From Cenococcum geophilum (Eukaryota): a stretch of DNA of 64,000 nucleotides. Below are positions 39,035 to 51,644 of the stretch, one piece after another. Every line of letters begins with the position of its first letter. The stretch's first letter is position 1. A model generated the notes under the pieces. That model did no database searches. It was not told the DNA's origin and was given only the letters and a program-made list of their open reading frames with translations. Position numbers and translations under genes: made by a program. The stretch covers positions 24,180,001 to 24,244,000 of the forward strand of contig CP158635.1 in assembly GCA_050273025.1 (NCBI GenBank), given 5' to 3'.

Positions 39035-39476
39035 TATAACAAAGCCTTATAGGAAGTACTATAGTAGACTTATTATTAAGCTGGGTATATAGGTAAATAG
39101 GAAGTTAAAATAATAATATAACGAGTAAAGTATATTACTTAATAGATTAACTCTAATTATATTCTAAAATTCACTACAAAGAAGAGAACTATCTAGGTAG
39201 GGACTGTAGTCCTTTAAATACATAATACTGCGCCTAAGAAATGTACTGGGTACGTCTGTACGTTAGTACGTCGGTACGTCTGCTACGTTCTCACGTTCCC
39301 ACGTTCCCACGTTCCCACGTTCCTACGTTCCGACGTTTCGAACTTGTAACGTGACTAACCACGTGACTCGGCTACCCCATGGCTCGATCGGTTCTAGCGC
39401 CTCTTATACTGTCTTAACTAACCTGTTTATGTCTCTTTCTAGTAGTGCTACTACTACTGATATAAGGTCCGTAATA
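39035..39476 (-). mobile_element. solo Gypsy LTR of the A family (mosaic of variants 1 and 2)
   Basis: TATAACAAAGCC...GGTCCGTAATA, flanked by GAGTA/GGGTA (4 of 5 match). Confidence 0.85.
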
Positions 39477-40359
39477 GGGTATTTATTAAGTAGATATCGC
39501 GCCTAGTAATAAAGGAAAAGAAAGTTAGATTTATTATAAAGTATTTATAAAACTAGCGATATTCCTTTAGTAACCTTTCTTTAAAGTAGCTATAGCTTAA
39601 TATTAGTAAAAGATAAGACGTAAAAAGAAGAAAGTAAAGAATTTTATTATTACCTTTTAGAGGACGAAGAAACTTATAATATAATTATAGAGACTATAGA
39701 TATCTATTTAGAACTAGTTAATATAGTTATAACTATCTTTTATAAAGAGCTTTATAATCTTTAATAGCAGATAGTTTTCTTTTACTTATAAAAGTTAGAT
39801 CTAGAGTTTAAAGACGTTTAACTCTTAGAGGGCTATAAGATAATTAGCTAATATACCCCTCTACTTTACTAACTAATAAATCGCAAAATTTATACCTAGG
39901 GTAGAGTATTCTTCTTATATCTATCCTTTTATTAGGCTAAGTGTTACAAACCTTATATTAGTAGTAGTATAACTATTAAGGAGTGTAACGGGACTAGCCT
40001 AGTTATAGTAGGAATGTCTTGGTGAAACACTTAATAGATAAATTTTAACGCTTTGACCAAATTCTGCCGAATTTTACTAGCTTGATTAACTTCTGCTAAA
40101 TTCTGCTAGATTAATTAAATTTTACTAAAGTCCGTTAAAGACCGCGTGTGTATATACGTACACATTAACTACTAAGCCCCTAACTATTTAATTATATAAT
40201 TCTCTTATTATTCCTTTCTCTTCTTTATATAACGTCTTGTTCTTAGCGAGAGCTATATACCCTTAGATTTAGATAAAATTTATATTATTTCTTTAAATCT
40301 TCCTTAAAGTCTCTCCGCGCCCTTATATTACGTTATATTAAAATAACTACTATTAAAAT

Positions 40360-43300
40360 TGTTGGTTACACAGGGTGACTCACCAATAACGACTACTCGA
40401 GTAGGTTATAGTGATGTTGGTTAATAAGCTTCTTAATTGGAATGAGAAAGGGCGAGGAGCTTAAGACTTCTCGCTACGCTAGCGCCGCGGCGTCACGTAA
40501 CGACCGCTTGCCTTATTCCCAACACTAGCAACTCTTCTTTTATAGTTGCCACCTATATATAAATACTGCTTAACTAGCGTAATAAATATTAATCCTCCTT
40601 ACTTACTATTACCATTATAATATAAGTCTTACTATTCTAAAATTTGCCTCTTAGCACCTGGTGCTTTCTTACTTAGGAGTTATAGGTAGATATTATATTA
40701 GGGCCGCCAAGGCGCTAGTTATAAGCAAGCTAATAGCAATTTTCTATCCCGGGGATAGAAAATCCTAATTAGCTGGTTGGAATTAGGGTCTATAGAATAT
40801 TATACTCCCTCCTCTAAAAAAGTCTTGGTAAGAGAATCTAACTAATTAAATAACTTTAACCGCTAGTTAAAGTTTCTGGATATCTTAAGACTTTATATAA
40901 CTAAGAAGTTTTTAGGGACTCCCTTTTAACCTAACCTTTAACTTATATATATAGAGTATTTGTATTAATAAACGTCTCTAGTGCCTTATTTAGGTTTGCC
41001 TTTATTATTACATCTACTAAGTTATCTTAGCCATTAATTTATTAAATCTTAAAGAGTTCTTAACACTCGTAGGATTGCTAAAGTACTATAATATTAATTA
41101 TAAGGCGCTTCTTCTTTATAGTACCAAGCTTAACTAAACACTTATAAAGGGAATATAAGTTAGTATATATAATTATAGGGATAACAGGAAGTTCGAGTCG
41201 ATCTATAATTATCTTTAGGGTAGTTTTAATTGCAATTGCTATATTAACTCCGCTAACTATTCTATATATCTCTAACGCTAAAACGCTCTAAGTAATACGC
41301 TTACTCTTAGTTAAGCTCTAATAAATAAGATTACCGTAAATTATAAAGTTATTCTCTCTAGTAGATTCGTTTGTAATAATAATCTTATATCCTAGCTAGG
41401 AGCTAAAATCTTTATTATTTATAAATAATCTATTAATAAATATAAAGAGCTTAGCAGTAGGGAGATTAATAAGCACGTAGAGTAGTCCCCAATTAAGATA
41501 GTTTATTTACTAAAAAAGATATTTATTTTAGGTAAGAACGTTATCCTTAGTTAGTTTCTAGTGTTAGGCGGTAATAGAAAGATTAAATAAAGCCTTAAGT
41601 TAACAGATAGAAGTAACATAAGCTCTATAAGCGCGTTGCTCTACATATCCTTATTTTAGGGAATTAATATTAATAACGTCAATCTTCTTACCTTAACCCT
41701 TCTAGCGTAAAGCAATAGAATCCTTATTTAGGGAGAGGATACATCTATTAAAAAGTAATAGTATTATTAAATTAAGCTTTTCCTTTGGCTTTGCTATAAG
41801 ATTTGCCTTTACTAGCTTATCCTCTTTAAGAGCTAAGAATTAGTCATCTCCTAAGATAATTATATTATTAGTTTATATACTAATAATTCTAAATAGGGTT
41901 CCTGTAGTTGTAATAAGGAAGTAGGGATTAAATATAAAAGTAGTTATTAAAAGCTTCTCTTTATAGTACTTGCTGTAAGTAGCCTACTAGTAAGTTCCTA
42001 CCTCTGTAATTTTATACAATGGCTTAAGCATAACTATAATTATATCCTTAGGATACTAGTAGCGAATTTACTCTAGAAGGTATACTAATATTAAGCGCTA
42101 AAGGTGCGTCTCTAATTAGGTGTAGGCCTAAGTAATATCTTATAAATAAACCGCCATTCTATTCTTTATTAAGGAGGAAGCTAGCGCAATAATAACTTAC
42201 TAACTAGCTCGTTAAATTATAAGAGATTGCGTAAGAATTACCTCCTTACTATTATCGTTATAGCCTTAGATAACAAGCCTTAATTTCTTAAATAGGGTAT
42301 TAGTAGCTTTGCCCTTAATCTTATTAACTATTCTTAACTTAAAGATGCGGACTCTATTAAATTTAGTAGGGTTATACTTCTTAAATTTAAAGACTTTTCT
42401 TATAATAAGACTATCGATCTTCTACTTATTAGATGCTTAGAAAGGAGCTCCTAAAGTTATAATACGACCTTCCTTTTAAAGCTATTTTATAAGTTTAAAG
42501 TTAGCCTTCTCCTTAGCTGTTATAAAGGCCATTAATAGCTTAACTCTATTCTTAATAGTGGTAACAAATTACTCTTTAAAATTAATAAGATATTAATAAT
42601 TTTATAATCCCTTTGGGCGACCTCTACCGCGTTATAGTTGTGGCGTATCTACTATAATTATATTAAAATTATGGTCGCCTTCTAGAGTATATTAATCGTG
42701 GCTTTTCTCTAGGGCATCTTTTATAGCATCCTATAAAGGTTTAGAACTATTATTTTTATAGTAAGGCTTAATAACAGTTAAATGGAATTAAGTGGGTCTA
42801 TAAGGCATCTAAATAGTATAAGTTTAACCATTAATTATAATAAGTTAATATAGGCCTAACTATCCTCCCTTTTTACGCTATACGCGTACCTTAAACTAGA
42901 GTGGTAAATTAAGCGTAGTTAAGGTATTTAGGCTATTTCTTATTTTTAGTGCGTTATTAACCTAGCGTATAGCATAAAGATATTATACCTCCTTTATTGC
43001 CTTGCGAATAGCCTTAGCTTATTATATAATAGAGGGAGATAGTAAAGAATTATTAGTTATTTAAGGGTAGGCGCTAAAGACTAATAACGTAGGTATAAGT
43101 CTATCTGGGCCAGCGGAATTATTAATAGCTTTAATAGCTATTTATAAGGTAAGTTCTTTACTAGTATCCTCTAGTTCTAAAGAGATAATCTTATATACGC
43201 GGCGTAATAGCGTATAATATCACTCCACTTTTCTAATATTGTTATATGCCTTAATAGGGACTTCCTTAACCTTAATTACCATTACCTTTATTTATTATTA

Positions 43301-46300
43301 AAACTCTATAAATAAGAAGTTCTTTCCTATATTATAGACGATTTAATTAGGGGGTCTTAGGTAGATATTAATTTAGCATAATTATAGGGTATCCTATGCG
43401 TTTCTAGCTAATATATCCTTTAAGAAACGTACGGCTTAAAAGGAGGTTAAGAAGTTAATAACTTAGAGTACTAGCTTGCCGCTAAGATATATAACGTTAA
43501 CGATAATATAGAAGTTAAAGTTATAGTTATCTTTAAGGGTAAACTTAAATCGGCTAGGGGACTTCTGGTTTATTTAGTAGTAATAGTAGTACTTTATAAG
43601 ATACTTAATTGCCTTAACCTTAACTTTATAGCCTACTTGCTAAAGAACCCTAAGTAATTAATAAACGGATAGGTAGCTAAAACAATAGTGTGGTTAGCGT
43701 AACTCTAACTTAATTAAGTAGCTCTAAGTAATACTCTTTTCTAGTTAATAAAGGAGCAACTAGGGGTAACCCTACTTACGTATAACGGGCACCTAATTAT
43801 CTCCCTAAATAAGTATATCCTTAAGGTTATTAAGCTTAACGCCTAATTTATTTATATCTTTAATGCAAAATAGAAACGGGGTGTTTATAGGAATAACGTA
43901 AAAGGTAATATACCCTAAGGGGGTTTAGATCCTAATTATGCTAAGAGAGATTATAGTACCCTTATTAAAACGAATTGTGTGTTAGCCTACCATTAAATAG
44001 TTAATCTAAATAGAGCTATTAAGCTACTAAAGGGCTTAAACTTAAGGTTCTCCTACTATAGATACTCCTACGGCTCTAGTATCTAGTATAATACTATAGA
44101 AGACGTTTACTAAGTATTTATTATTAAAGGAGAATGCGAAACTCTTCCTTAGTTTATTAAAGATATCTAACTTTATAGTAAAATAGAGCGTAGATTAGTT
44201 ATTAAGAATAGTAACGGTTTGTATACTATTTACCTTACTATACTTAGTAAAGTATTAGTTAGGTAAGTACTCCTTAATTTCTATATCTATAAGGAGCTAT
44301 TTGGCCTTATTAACCTTACCCTTAAGATCTCTTACGCCTTTATATTAAACTAAGAAGCTTTAGAAGTAGGCCGTAGTAACCTTATAATTTCTAATGTTTC
44401 TTGCACTTTAGCGAAACTTATTATATACCTCCTTTCGCTTATTAAGAGAATGCCTAGTTAACTAGTAATTCGGTTTCTTATAAACATAGCACTTCTTTTA
44501 ATAATTACTTTAAAATAAACCTCTATAAGGACCTCTACCTTTACCTTATAATCGTTAATTACCCTCTACCGTATTGCCTACCCCGGCCACTATATATTCG
44601 ATTAGTTTAGTTATAATTATATTAGTTGGGCGGGTTAATTAAAATAGGTTAGAGTTAGATATTAAATTGCTGTACTTCTTAAGAGCATAGAGCGGTATTA
44701 ATAGAAGATCTTAATTAAGTACACACTCCTTTATAAGTATTTATAGGATTAAAGAGAGTAAGGTTATATTTTTTAACACCTCGGCATACGCTAATAACTT
44801 AATTATATAGGCTAAAGTCCTCTTAATATAATTTAGATAAACTACGCTAAATTATCTAAAGTTAATTGAAGAGCTTTTAAAGATAATTAAGCCGAGGGAT
44901 ACTTAGGTTTATAGTAATAATCCTTAAAAAGGTAGTCTCTCTCTATTCTAATATATACTGCTACTTATTCTCTTCTATTTTAAAGTAGCATCTTAACTTA
45001 TATATTATGCGGTTAAAATTATATCCTTTTCCTGCTAAATAATTATAATAGAAGGTACTAGCTCGGCCCTTAAGCATAACGGAATAAGCGTTATAGTATT
45101 AATTAGACTCTATTCCTATCTTCTAGCAACAGTTATAAAAGATACGTAGTTTCGAATTAAGAATATTATATAATTCCCCGCTAAACTTCTTCTCCTAATT
45201 TAAATAGAGCTTTACAAGCTCTGTAAGCAATTTTAAACTACCTCCGATTTGAGATTAAAATAAAGGAGGTAGGGGTTATATTATAGGCTGCAGTGGGGAT
45301 GTAGGTCTAGTTAGTGGAGTCCGAAGGTCGTTAAATTATAAAGTAATGGGATCCTATACCTACTCTCGTTGGGGTATAGTATCTAATGTTAAGGTTACGA
45401 GTTAAATTAGATATAGAGGAGTTAAAGGCGAAGGTAGGTTTGTCTTTAGAGGTATATTACTTAGGTTCTATTATAAGTTAAGCTTCCTTATAGTGCGTAG
45501 TTAGTACTTAATCTCTTATAGAATCCATTTATGCTCTTCTTTTACGTTAATAACCTACTCCTAAATATTGTCTCTAATAGTACCCCTATCCTTAGGGATA
45601 AATACTCTATTCTCCTAAAGGAAGTTACGGAAGTCCTATATGATATCCTTATTTATAGGGGCCTATGTTTCCTTTATTTATCTAACAAAGTCCTCCTTTA
45701 TACATTCCTATAGCGCGGTATTATTATATTTACTATCCTTATAATATGCTATACGGTATAATAAAAATCCATTTAAGTCTTATTTATTAGCGTTTGCAAG
45801 GTTAATTATAGCTTTATTTTATATCTTTAGGTTAATATCTTCCTTATACTTCTTTAGGTAGGTTAACGCTATAGTAGGTATAGAATTAACGGGGTGTCGT
45901 ACATCGAAGGTAGGTAGGATTTTCGGTTTTGTAGGATCTCGTAGGTTTGCTATTAAGAGGTAGGCAATTTAAGATATTATTTAACGCGTTTTAGACGTCG
46001 TTTAACGCGTTTCGGACGTTAACTTAGGACCCTAGGTTTAGTAACACTTTTAACCTAAAGTACTTAACCAAATCTTTATAAACGCGGTTATTCTACGTAA
46101 TAGATGCAACTTAGTATCTCCTAGTACTTAGTGACACTTCTATTACTAGTTTTCCGCAAGTTTAAGGTAGTATAGTATCGCCGGGATCCATTCTATATAA
46201 GCGTATATAGTACCCCTATACGAGACTATCTCTTCTATTTAAAAACCTAGCTGCTCTATAGTTAACTGTGTATTTAACCACTAATTAGTATTAGTCACAC

Positions 46301-46453
46301 AGGGTGACTTACCAATAACGACTACTCGAGTAGGTTATAGTGATGTTAGTTAATAAGCTTCTTAATTAGAATGAGAAAGGGCGAGGAGCTTAAGACTTCT
46401 CGCCACGCTAGCGCCGCGGCGTCACGTGACGACCGCTTACCTTATTCCCGATA
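40360..46453 (-). mobile_element. Copia F (GalEa-like), full length
   Basis: 165-bp LTRs at 40360-40524 and 46289-46453, TSD AAAAT (40355-40359, 46454-46458). The pol is near-identical to that of E1/E2. Confidence 0.93.
40915..45900 (-). pseudogene. pol: RIP-degraded Copia polyprotein of F
   Basis: The reverse complement of 40915-44630 is colinear with E2 26640-30360. The gag part, 44630-45900, is divergent. Confidence 0.85.
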
Positions 46454-47457
46454 AAAATAGTAAACGAACTCGAGCCTACCGCGTTAACTATAATATAACA
46501 GTTCTTTATGGATGCTTTAGCCTAATAGTAAGCGATATTAGAAGCTTAGTACTAGTAATTAATAGGAGCAATCTGTGAAGAACTCTATAACCTTAAAGCA
46601 CTTATATTAAAGACCCTAATAATAACACCTATAAATAAAATTAAAATAACTATATACGAACCTAGCCTGTTAAATATAAACCCTAAACTAGTAACGGTAG
46701 TTTAATCTATACCTATAATAAACCTAGTACCTACCGCAAAATCTAAAAAGCTTCTTAACCCTTTAATATTTAATAGAAACCGAAATAACCTATATTTCTT
46801 TATAACTAAGCTTTATCTTAAACTTTTAATAAACTATAACTAATACCCTACTAAAGCTAGTAAGATTAGCTATAGAATATCTTATTTAAGTAAAGACGCT
46901 ATATAAACTATAGACCCATTCTTCCGTAATAGCACCTTTATTAATTTTAAAATTTTAATTTTTTTACTAGAATAAATATATAATAACGCTAGCCGCGAAT
47001 ATATAGCTATTACCTATAATAACGGAACCGAGACTTTACTAGCTTCTTTTTGGAATTTTTAGGCCTTATTAGTAAACTAGATTAGAATAAAGCCGCTAAA
47101 GTTACTACTCTCCGTTAAGCTATTTCGGATAAAATTAGAGTATAGTTAGTTAGTAAAGAACTACTAAAGGACTTACCCAAATTTGCTATAATATATTAAC
47201 GAATTAATAAGGACCTTTAATATAGTAAATAGACTTATTCCCTAAAGCCAACTATACCTTATATTTAAAACTCTATAAAACCAGTATATATCCTAAAGCG
47301 CGACCTATCTTTAAGACCTAAAAGCCCTATATATAACCCTATAAACCTTAATGCCACCTAATCCTATATACCCTTAGAAACTAATAAATAAAGAACTTAA
47401 GCCGTAAATAAAGAATGCTTTAGATGCGGTAAAAAGGGATATATTTAAAAGAATTAT

Positions 47458-47701
47458 TATTACAGAAGTGGGCATGAGCTAGAATACAATATACTAAACG
47501 GTGTAGTAATTAAAGAAGGCTACGTAAGCGTAACTATGCGTGGTTAATATAAAGACATTTAGATATAGAAATAGAATAGGTTAGGTACGGGTATAAATAG
47601 GGGTTATAGGGGAACGTGCGTAGGTGTCTTGGGACGAATGTAAGCACAGGTTAAGAACGTCAAAACGCGCAGAGACGTGAGAACGTGTAAGTCCCGTGAC
47701 A
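47458..47701. mobile_element. solo LTR, 244 bp, of a family not otherwise seen here, inside the gag zinc knuckle of H
   Basis: TATTAC(TGTCAC)...GTGACA termini, TSD ATTAT (47453-47457, 47702-47706). Confidence 0.85.
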
Positions 47702-48136
47702 ATTATCAAACTTACCCTTTTAAAAGGTCCGCCGTAGTTCCTTCCAATCCTTAAATTATACCTATTCTATAAATTATACTTAGTCACTATAAAGTATCTT
47801 GCCTTTAGTTAATTTAGAAAACAAATTACCCTAAGGCTAAGTCGCGCCTTAGGATAAGAAGTAGAAGAGTATAAGTATCTAGGCTCTTTTAGCGCTAATA
47901 TACAATATAACTCCCTTAATATACTTAGTAAAATTTAAATACTTAAAAAATAGAAGGAAGTATAAATCCTTATAGATAGCAAAGCTACTAATATAGGCTT
48001 TATTAATATAAACTACGTAAAAACTTAACGCTTAAATTTAAAGAAACTTAATAAGCCTTAAGGCCTATAAGGCTTTAATAGCAAGCATTTAATATACGGC
48101 GAATTAACGTATTACACTCTTATAAAGATGCGAATA

Positions 48137-50257
48137 AAACCTTCACCGCACATGCAACCTTACCAAAAGGTAGCGCCACACTTCAAAACTTACGCATACC
48201 CATCTTACCATCAAAAACAATCGATTTTCCAACTTTTAAGACTTAATTCCTACTGCCTAGCGAGCTAGAGGTGGATTTATTTGTCGTTTTACCCCCTTTC
48301 CCCCAACAGAAAATTCTTCTTAGGGGTGGTCCTAGCTTATAAGCGAGGCACGGACAGGAACACTAAAACTAAATACCAAAACCACGAAATATAGAGGCTA
48401 GATTTTCTACTACCTTTTAGCCTAATCTCCCCAGAAATCTTCTAGTAGGATTAATAAGGAGAAAGGGTATAAGGATAGTAAAACTAGGAACCCCTATATA
48501 AGATACAAAATGCCAAGGCCTAATAGGTCTAAAAAAAAACCTCCTATAGAAATAAGTGATGAAGGCTCTACATCTACTTGTTCTCCTCCTTCTCCTTCTC
48601 CTAGCCTAATTAGGGCAGGAGAAAAAAGAAGATATCCTCAGTCTTCTCCTGAAAAAGAAAACCAAAAACCCGCAAAAAAGATAACAAAACTAATAACTAC
48701 TACGGATAATACGGATGATATACCCTCCTATTCCTTTTCTCCAGGATAACATCTAAGCTTCGCTTTAGAAAGCCTAACCCAGGCCTATAAAGGGCTAGAA
48801 GAAGAAGAAGAAGAAGAAGGAGAAGGAATAAAAGAACAAGTTGAACAGCTAGTGTACTATACACGAAGTATCCTATTAGGAAAAAATCCCTTTACACAAG
48901 AAGAAGAAGAAGAAGAAGAAAAAAAAAGAGAAAAAGAGAAGACAAACGATGTCCTAAAAGGACTAGTAGAAGAAGTAAGAGCTCTCCGTAAGGAGGTAGC
49001 TCCTATTAAAGAAACCTACGCAGAGAGGCTAAAGAAGGGCCTTCCTTCTTCTCCATCCTCACTACCTCCCTCATCAATACCATCTCCTACCCCTTCTACT
49101 TCTACTAGAAGTAAGAAAAAGCAGCTACAAGAAAGGAAGCTAGTCTTAATTACAGACAAAAAGAACTAACCTCTAGATACCTTCTCTATACGAAACAAAG
49201 TCAATTAACTATTTGCATTAAAATTGCAAGTAAAAAAGCCAGTTTTAGCATCTATAGCTAGAACAAAAGGAAAACAAAATATTCTCCTTACAACTACAGA
49301 AGAGTATAATGCAGATTTCTTGGTCAAATATAGGGAGATCTGGCATAACTGCTTTACCTTTTAAAGAGAACAAAAACTAGAACCATGGGTTTAAATTATA
49401 GCCCACGGGGTTCCTACCCTACCTTTCCTAGGAGAAGGGGGCTCTAAGCTCCTAAAGGAAGAAATTAAGACCTTTAATCCTATAAGGATACAAGGACTAC
49501 CTAGATGGATCTCATCTAGTGTAAAAAGACACGATCCATAGACCAGATTTGGCTCTATAGAACGAAGAAAAAAGACAAGAAATCCTTAAGCAAAAAGAGA
49601 TATCAATTGCAGGTACAGCTACTAAGGTAGTAAAATACCTCGAAGTCTCTCCTACTACGCAGTGTACGAGCTGCCAAAAATTTGGCCATATAGGAGACAG
49701 GTGCTCTACTAGGGCCTACAGATACTGTGCGGCTGCACATTTATCTAAAGACCATTCCTGTTCTACCTGTATAATAACAGGCAAGCCTTGCCAGCATACC
49801 ACCCCTCTTTGCATTAATTGTAAAGAAAAACACTTTGCTAATAGTAAAGACTGCGAGACTCTTAAAGCAGCTAAGCTAGTACGCGAAGAAGATTCTATAG
49901 AAGAATAAAACAGATAGGATTCTAGAAGGAGGCAACTCCTACTAGGCTCTTAAAAAGATATTAGAGAGCAAAAAGACAGAAATAAATTGCAAAAGGATAG
50001 GGACAGGGGTTAGGATTTCTTATAGTTTTTCTTACCATCTTCTCATTCCCTAGTAGTTGTAGTATCTTAGTATTTTACTAGGAAACTATAAACTCCTAAT
50101 TTAGGGGTTTATAAACTACTAGGACATAGCTACTAGTACATATTAAGCTGCCTAGAAAGGATTTATGTATATAGAACTATAGCGCCATAGCCCAAGGCTA
50201 CATGCGCAGTATTGTACGTAGTATAATACAATGGATATATATATAAAATAAAATTAA
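48137..50257 (+). mobile_element. non-autonomous LINE-like element encoding ORF1 only, 2121 bp
   Basis: 13-bp TSD AAAGATGCGAATA (48124-48136, 50258-50270), A-rich tail, and a single gag-like ORF with Cys/His knuckles. No EN or RT sequence. Confidence 0.85.
48510..49908 (+). pseudogene. Tad1-like LINE ORF1 (nucleic-acid-binding protein), a few stops and one frameshift
   Basis: MPRPNRSKKK start, coiled coil, IIAHGVP motif, then QCTSCQKFGHIGDRC...CAAAHLSKDHSCSTC...CINCKEKHFANSKDC and TAA at 49906-49908. Confidence 0.85.
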
Positions 50258-50932
50258 AAAGATGCGAATAGGGAAATACCTTAAATACGTTTCCCTATTT
50301 ATAATACCCTTAAAGTATTATAAGGTAATACTTAGATATGGATAGCTAAAATAATATAACCCTTTAATTAGCTAGGTTAAAGAAATACTAAAATTCTATA
50401 TAACCTACTGCTAAAGTTATTACTTAAAATACTACTTGCCCTATAAATATGCACACAACTATTTAAATTTAATATAATATAAATTACCCTTACTATAAAC
50501 CTTAAACTAATATAATAAAGTTATAACTGCTAATTATAGTAAAGAATGCAAAGATAATATATTAAAACCCTTTAAATTTTATATAATACAAGCCGCACCC
50601 TTTTATTTATTAATAAGAAAACGAGACTATAAGATCTTTACTATAACATTAGAAGATATTAAGAAGGCGTTAAAACCGAAGTAATATATTAACCCCCAAC
50701 CTCTTATACCTAAAGAATATTATAATCTAATTAATACGTTTAAGAAATAATTTATAAACTAACTACCCCTATATTAAAATAAGCACGATTTTAAGATAGA
50801 ACTTAAACCTAGTATAATGCTAAAGTTTAGCCCGTTATATGGTATATCGCGAAAAGAGCTGCTTATAATATAATAATACCTTAAAGAGCACCTAAAGAAA
50901 GGATTTATTTGCCCTAGTTAATTACTATTTGC

Positions 50933-51141
50933 CGTGTTTCACCAGTCAACGCCGCACCCCACCTTTTACGGCCTTTTATTAACTTAAAAATTAAAAAATT
51001 TTAAAGGCCTGCTCTATAAGAAGTATTTTGGCCTCTTTTTAAAGTAATTAAGCGTTTGGTATTGATATTATAATTACTTTTATTTTTGTTTTTGGTGGGG
51101 TGCGGCATTAACTAGGGTGCGGCGTTAAGTAGTAAAACACG
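50933..51141. mobile_element. ~209-bp MITE in the RT of H
   Basis: TIRs CGTGTTTCACCAGTCAACGCCGCACCC and GGGTGCGGCGTTAAGTAGTAAAACACG, with an extra subterminal GGGTGCGGC. No TA TSD. Confidence 0.8.
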
Positions 51142-51479
51142 TTACTTATACTATTCGTTAAGAAACCTAGAGAAGGCTTAAGGTGCTATATTAATTATTA
51201 AGCCCTAAATACAATTACGATTTAAAACTAATATCCAATTTCTCTGCTTTAAAAAACGCTCGACCGCTTAATAAAAGTATAATACTTTATAAAGCTTAAC
51301 GTAGTTACTATTTTTAATCGAATCCGTATTTATAAAGGAGATAAAAAGTATATAGCTTTCTGTATATAATAGGGACTTTTTAAATACTTAGGAATGCCGT
51401 TTAGTATAAAGAACGGTCTTAGTATATTTTAGTAATATATTAATAATATACTTTACAAATTCCTTAATATATTTATTAC

Positions 51480-51644
51480 TGTTGGGAATAAGGCAAGCGG
51501 TTGTTATGTAACGCCGCGGCACTAGCATAGCGAGGAGTCTTAAGCTCCTCGCCCTTCCTTATTCCAATTAAGAAGAATATATAACAACAATCATTATACT
51601 ATCTACAACTTGTAAATATGTAATATCACCTTGTAAAACCAACA
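51480..51644 (+). mobile_element. solo Copia LTR, 165 bp, just upstream of the RT catalytic motif of H
   Basis: TGTTGGG...CCAACA, TSD ATTAC (51475-51479, 51645-51649). Confidence 0.92.

Noticed and set aside
39482..39941. Possible degraded coding fragment
   Set aside because: No recognisable motif in any frame that I could read.
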